Origin: Neocallimastix sp. 'constans'
Taxonomy: Eukaryota
Length of the DNA: 64,000 nt
NCBI GenBank assembly: GCA_050613775.1
Contig: JBODTK010000111.1
Coordinates: 1-64,000, forward strand
Direction of reading: 5' to 3'
This document shows, piece after piece, positions 59,160-64,000 of the stretch. Position 1 is the first letter of the stretch. Each line of letters opens with the position of its first letter. Below the pieces are notes generated by a model. That model had not been told where the DNA came from. It worked only from the letters and a program-made list of their open reading frames with translations, and did not search any database. The position numbers and the translations under genes are program-made.

Positions 59160-60347
59160 AAACCAGGTATTTTCTTTAGATATTCTTCTGACTCTCCAGC
59201 TAAATTATCGTTTTCTCGACATTTCGCCAAAACCAATAATTATCATCCGTGATGGTTACTTTAATGAAAGCCCATTATGCTCACTAGACACTTTTTTTTT
59301 TTTTTTCATTCCTCAAATCCTTCAAAACAAATTGAGGGGAAACTGCACTTAACAACATCAGTTTAGTCTATCCATTTATCATAATGAATTTAAAATAAAT
59401 TAAAGCAAACATAATAAAATTAATCTTAAAGATAATACAAATTTAATAATAAAAATATGTTAGATAGTAATATTAAAAACAGACAAAAAAAAATAGATAA
59501 AATTAATGAAGATAAAATTATGAAATTAACGAAGAATATATTAATAAAGAATATATTAATAAAGATCAAAATTTCAAAAATAATGATAATAATAAAATTC
59601 AAAATTACAAAAATAATTAATTCTCTAAAATTGAAATAAAATATCAGATCAAAAGTTAGCCGAATATTAAAAGGCTCTCTGGATTCAAATAAACTGGAAG
59701 ACTGTGGTTTTACGAAATCTCCAGTTTTCATAAGAAAATTGGTTTAATTCAATATAATACAGATAATTTGTATTTTTGGTAAATATAGAAATAATAAATT
59801 ATGTTTATTATTAACTCTTTATGTTGATGATATAATAATTTCAGGAAAGAATAAAGAAATTACCAAAACTGTTACAAAGATAAAATATAAATACGAAGTT
59901 TCCCGGGATAAATGGGTAACCAAAATCATTGGAATTAATATAATTAAAATAAATAAGGACCATAAAAATATTCAAAAAGATTATATTAAAAAAAAAAAAA
60001 AAAAAAAAGGTTAGCTATAATATAAATAAATAATACTAAAATGAATACTAAAATGACTAGAACACAATATATTAATACAAAATTAGTTAATAAAACTGAT
60101 TATAAAAGATTGAATAGATCACTATTATATGTATCAACAAAAAAAAAAAAAAAAAAAAAAAAAAAGATCAGATACAGCATTTGTGGTAAATCAAGCTATA
60201 AAATTTTTCTGAGAATCCAACAGAGGCTGATTTGAATGCATGTATTCAAATATTAAAATAACTTAAAAGTACAAAGTACTATTCAATTCATTATAACCGA
60301 AAAAAAATTTTAAGAGCTTATTGTTATACAGATTTCGCCGGTGATGG
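59160..60347 (+). mobile_element. Degenerate Ty1/copia retrotransposon pol fragment (integrase C-terminus, RT, start of RNase H)
   Basis: Frameshifted PGIFFRYS...YRFLD...IIIIRDGYFNE, then G..W, LLLTLYVDDIII (YVDD at 59820-59831), YKRL..SLLYVST, AFVVNQA, PTEADLNACIQILK*LKST and AYCYTDFAGD. The integrase-RT-RNase H order is copia-type. Confidence 0.88.
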
Positions 60348-61061
60348 ATTATATAATAAAAAAAAAAAAAAAAAGGATATAATTTTCTTTTTTTTTTACA
60401 TATATATTCATAGACATATATATTAAAAATTTTAAAGACATGATTTTAATTTTTAATTTATAAAATATACATTTTTTACAAGAATAAATTATGTTTTATA
60501 TATTTAAAAATAATAATCAAATTTAAAACTATTTTAAATTTTTTTATTATAATTAATATACATGATTAATTTTTGGTTTCTATTTATATTATTTTTTTTT
60601 TATTTTTGTTTATTTTATTTTATTTTATTTTATTTTATTTTATTTTTTTTTTTTTTTTATTTATTTTTTACTACTATTGCTTTTATTTTTTATTATTTAT
60701 TATTTTTTTATTTTTTTTATTATTCTTGATATTATTATTATATATAACTATTTAAAATTACTTTTTAATTTTTGATAGTATACAATACAGTAATTATAAT
60801 AGTTTATACCTTTTTTATTTTTTAAAAATTTTTATATAGATTTATAATACTATTTCGGTTATTTATATTATTTATTTTTATCGTAATTTATTTTTATTAT
60901 TAATATTAAAATTATAAAAGATTTCTTTGATTTATATTATATATATATAATATAAATCAAAGAAATTTTTGTGTATTTATTTTAATTTTTTTTTTTTTTT
61001 TTTTTTTTGTTTTTTTTGTTTTTGTTTTGTTTTCGTTTTTGCTTTATTATAATCGATAGAT

Positions 61062-61362
61062 TTATGAATTACTGTTTTTCCAGAACAAATAAATGAAAAA
61101 AAGTAATATATAAATTAAAATTATACCTAATATGATTTTAAATACAAATCTTAATGTTTCATATATATTATCATTTTTACTATTTGGATAAGCATTAAAA
61201 TATTTGGTATCAATTTTTTTTGTTAATGTATATATATCTGAATAAGAGAGAGAAAACGGTATAGACCCCCATGCTCTTATTTTCTGAAGACATAAAATGA
61301 AATCAAGATATGATAAAAATTCATCAAATTTCTTTTGTGATATAAATAATTGAAAATTCATC

Positions 61363-61410
<48 letters not shown>

Positions 61411-61541
61411 AACATAATAAATATTAATAAAATTTAATAAAATTATTATTAATTAATGATAACAATTATAATAATAATAATAATAATAATAATAGTAATA
61501 ATAACAATAATATCTTATTATCATTAATTATATTGAAAAGA

Positions 61542-61583
<42 letters not shown>

Positions 61584-62461
61584 TTTTTTTTTTATTTTAT
61601 TAAATATTTACAATAGATAAAAATCTTCTTTCCAATTCATTAATATCCTCTAAGGAATAACGTCCTTCTGTAAATTCTGACCAATTTGAATTAGTATATG
61701 TAGCATCATATAGTAATTTATCAGCAACAATAATTGATGCTAAAAATGTGGGTATTACATAGGATCCATATCGATCTGAAAGAATATAACAGCTTGATAA
61801 ATAACTGAAATTTTTTGACATTTTTTCATTTTTTAATATAGTATTAAACTGTGAATTATATCTTTTATGCATAAATCGTTGATTAAGACGTTCTCTTTTT
61901 TTATTATCATCATCTTCTTCTTCCTCTTCGTTATCATCATTATTATTATTTTCATCATCATCGTCTTCTTCTTCTTCTTCTTCTTCTTCTTCTTCATCGT
62001 TATCATCATTATTATTATCATTTTCATCAACTTCCTCTTCTACATCGTTATCATTATTATTGTTATTTATTTTTTTATCTTCTATTATTTTTTCTTTATT
62101 ATTATCATTATAAATATCTTCTTTCTTTTCCTTCATATAATTTAAGATTTCATTATTATTTTCATTTATATTTTGCTTATTTTTTTGATTATTTATTGCA
62201 TTGTTATCTTTTGTATTGCCTTTATTTTGATTATTTAAATTATTTTCTTTTGTATTTTTTTCATTATTATTAACATTATTTTCCATTTTATTAGTGGTAT
62301 CATCTTTTTTTTTTTAAAAAAAAAAAAAAAATATGCAAATTTTTATAAATTATATTAATATTTTTATAATATTAATATTAAATATATATTATTATATTAA
62401 TAAAAAAAATTATAAAAAAAAATAAAATAAAATAAAATAAAATAATAAAATAATCATAATC

Positions 62462-62495
<34 letters not shown>

Positions 62496-63949
62496 TAATA
62501 ATAATAATAATTAAAACAAAAAAATAAAATAAAATAAAATAAAAAATAAAAATAAATAAATTAAATTATAATAATAATAATAAATTACCATTACTATTGG
62601 TATGAGAAGGAGAAGGATATTGATTTTCTAATGAATTTGTAGTATTTTGAGAGTTAGAATCTAATGCTATTTTTGAATCTATTGATGAACAAATACTAAT
62701 ATTTGAAGATTGCCTTCTTGGTTGAAATGAAGATAAGAATCCAGATTTTAATATAGGTGAGGTTATAACATTGGTTCCACTATTCAATAGAAATAAAGAA
62801 TTGTTATTCGTATCAGAATGGGGAGAAATTTCAATATTTGGTAATTGGCCTTTATTAATTTCCATATTATTTTTATTGTATTGAATTTCTTCCTTCATAT
62901 CAATATTTTCTTGAGAAGAAGGAGTTCCTTTATCTGTAAGTAAACTACTACTCTCTGTCATATTTTCACTATTTTTATTTTTATTTTTTCTTTTTCTTCT
63001 TTTCTTTTTATTTGTATTTTTTGAAGAAGGGCTTGGCCAATCTGATATATATTTTTGAACCTTGTTTTCTCTGTGTTTACGTTTTTTTTTTTCTAAATGC
63101 TTATAATTATAAATAAAATAAAGACTTACAATAAAAGTTGTTAAACTTAATTGTGTTTTTTTTATAATTTTTCGAATGAAATAGAAGGATTCCTCATTTT
63201 CTTGTTGAATGTATTCTTCAAAATTAAAAGAATTGCTTTTATTCTTTTTTAAAGGGATTAAATTTGAATTAGATTTCAAGTTATTTAATTTTTTTTCTTT
63301 TGAGAGACTATCATTTGAATTTTCTCTTGAACGAGATTTTGATTTTCTTCTATTTCTTTTGGTAATTTTTGCTGTTTCGAATTCTGTTTCTGAATCTTCA
63401 TTAATTATATTTAAAGTTTTTATGCGTTTATCTGATTCATTAATTGACTCATATAGACAATTTTCTCCTGTAATTAATGAGGTAATTAAATTAGCAGTTA
63501 AGTCTACTAAATTAATAGGAATATCTATAAAATCATCAACTTCATTTATTTCTTTATTTCTTAAATTTGCAATAAATTTTCTATATTCTCCAAGAGGGTC
63601 ACTTAGCTTTTATTATTTTATTTTTTTTTTTTTTCAAAATAAAATAGTTTTAAATGAAAATAATAATAAATATAATAATAATAATAATAATATATCATAT
63701 AAAATAAAAATGTTATTTTTATTCTATTAAAAAAAATTTATCAATTTAAATAACATCATTAATACTAAAATAAAAATTTTATAAATAAATACGAAAATAA
63801 ATAAATAAATAAATAAACATATATATATCAATATATATATGTGTATATTGTACTTGTTTTCCTAATTTCCAAAATAATGCATCTTTATCCCGTTCACTTT
63901 GTTCTTTACGAAGTTCTTTCCTGTACTTTTTACCACCTTTTCTTCCCAT
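61062..63949 (-). CDS. Pho80/Pcl-type (Pho85 cyclin, CNPPD1-like) protein with large low-complexity inserts, 4 exons
   Basis: ATG at 63949 (MGRKGGKKYRK...), then exons ~63607-62589, ~62303-61612 and 61361-61062. The cyclin-box pieces are FIRKIIKKTQLSLTTFIVSLYFI and FLASIIVADKLLYDATYTNSNWS...LEDINELERRFLSI|MNFQLFIS. The C-terminal segment is hydrophobic. Confidence 0.85.
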
Positions 63950-64000
63950 TTCTTTATATATATATCATATAATCTATAATCTATATTTATTAATTATATA

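Noticed and set aside
63209..63730. 173-aa plus-strand ORF (also 37747-38064 and 47133-47357)
   Set aside because: These are antisense shadows of real exons of the cyclin, CCD and formin genes.

Overview
This is extremely AT-rich eukaryotic DNA with intron-rich genes, long homopolymer and microsatellite tracts, and large intergenic gaps. Base composition, intron style and the fungal character of the proteins best fit an anaerobic gut fungus (Neocallimastigomycota); this is inference, not proven. Nine spliced genes were reconstructed by hand: signal peptidase subunit SPC3 (-), an Asn-rich three-finger C2H2 transcription factor of Sfp1-like type (+), a p24/GOLD cargo receptor (-), clathrin heavy chain (-), a divergent carotenoid-oxygenase/RPE65-family protein (+), TMA7 (-), a Diaphanous-type formin (-), a class I cyclic-nucleotide phosphodiesterase with a hydrophobic N-terminus (+) and a Pho80/Pcl-type cyclin (-). 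Non-genic features include a ~2.9 kb two-module tandem array at the left edge, several local 3-4x duplications, a 304-bp Mutator-like MITE, a decayed Ty1/copia element and another decayed coding remnant. The most notable observations are a U12-type AT-AC intron and a probable 2-nt micro-exon in the formin gene, and an O2-dependent enzyme family member with an intact 4-His iron site but altered second-shell residues in a presumed anaerobe. No prokaryote-type system (CRISPR, operon) is present. Most short ORFs in the supplied track are low-complexity artefacts.
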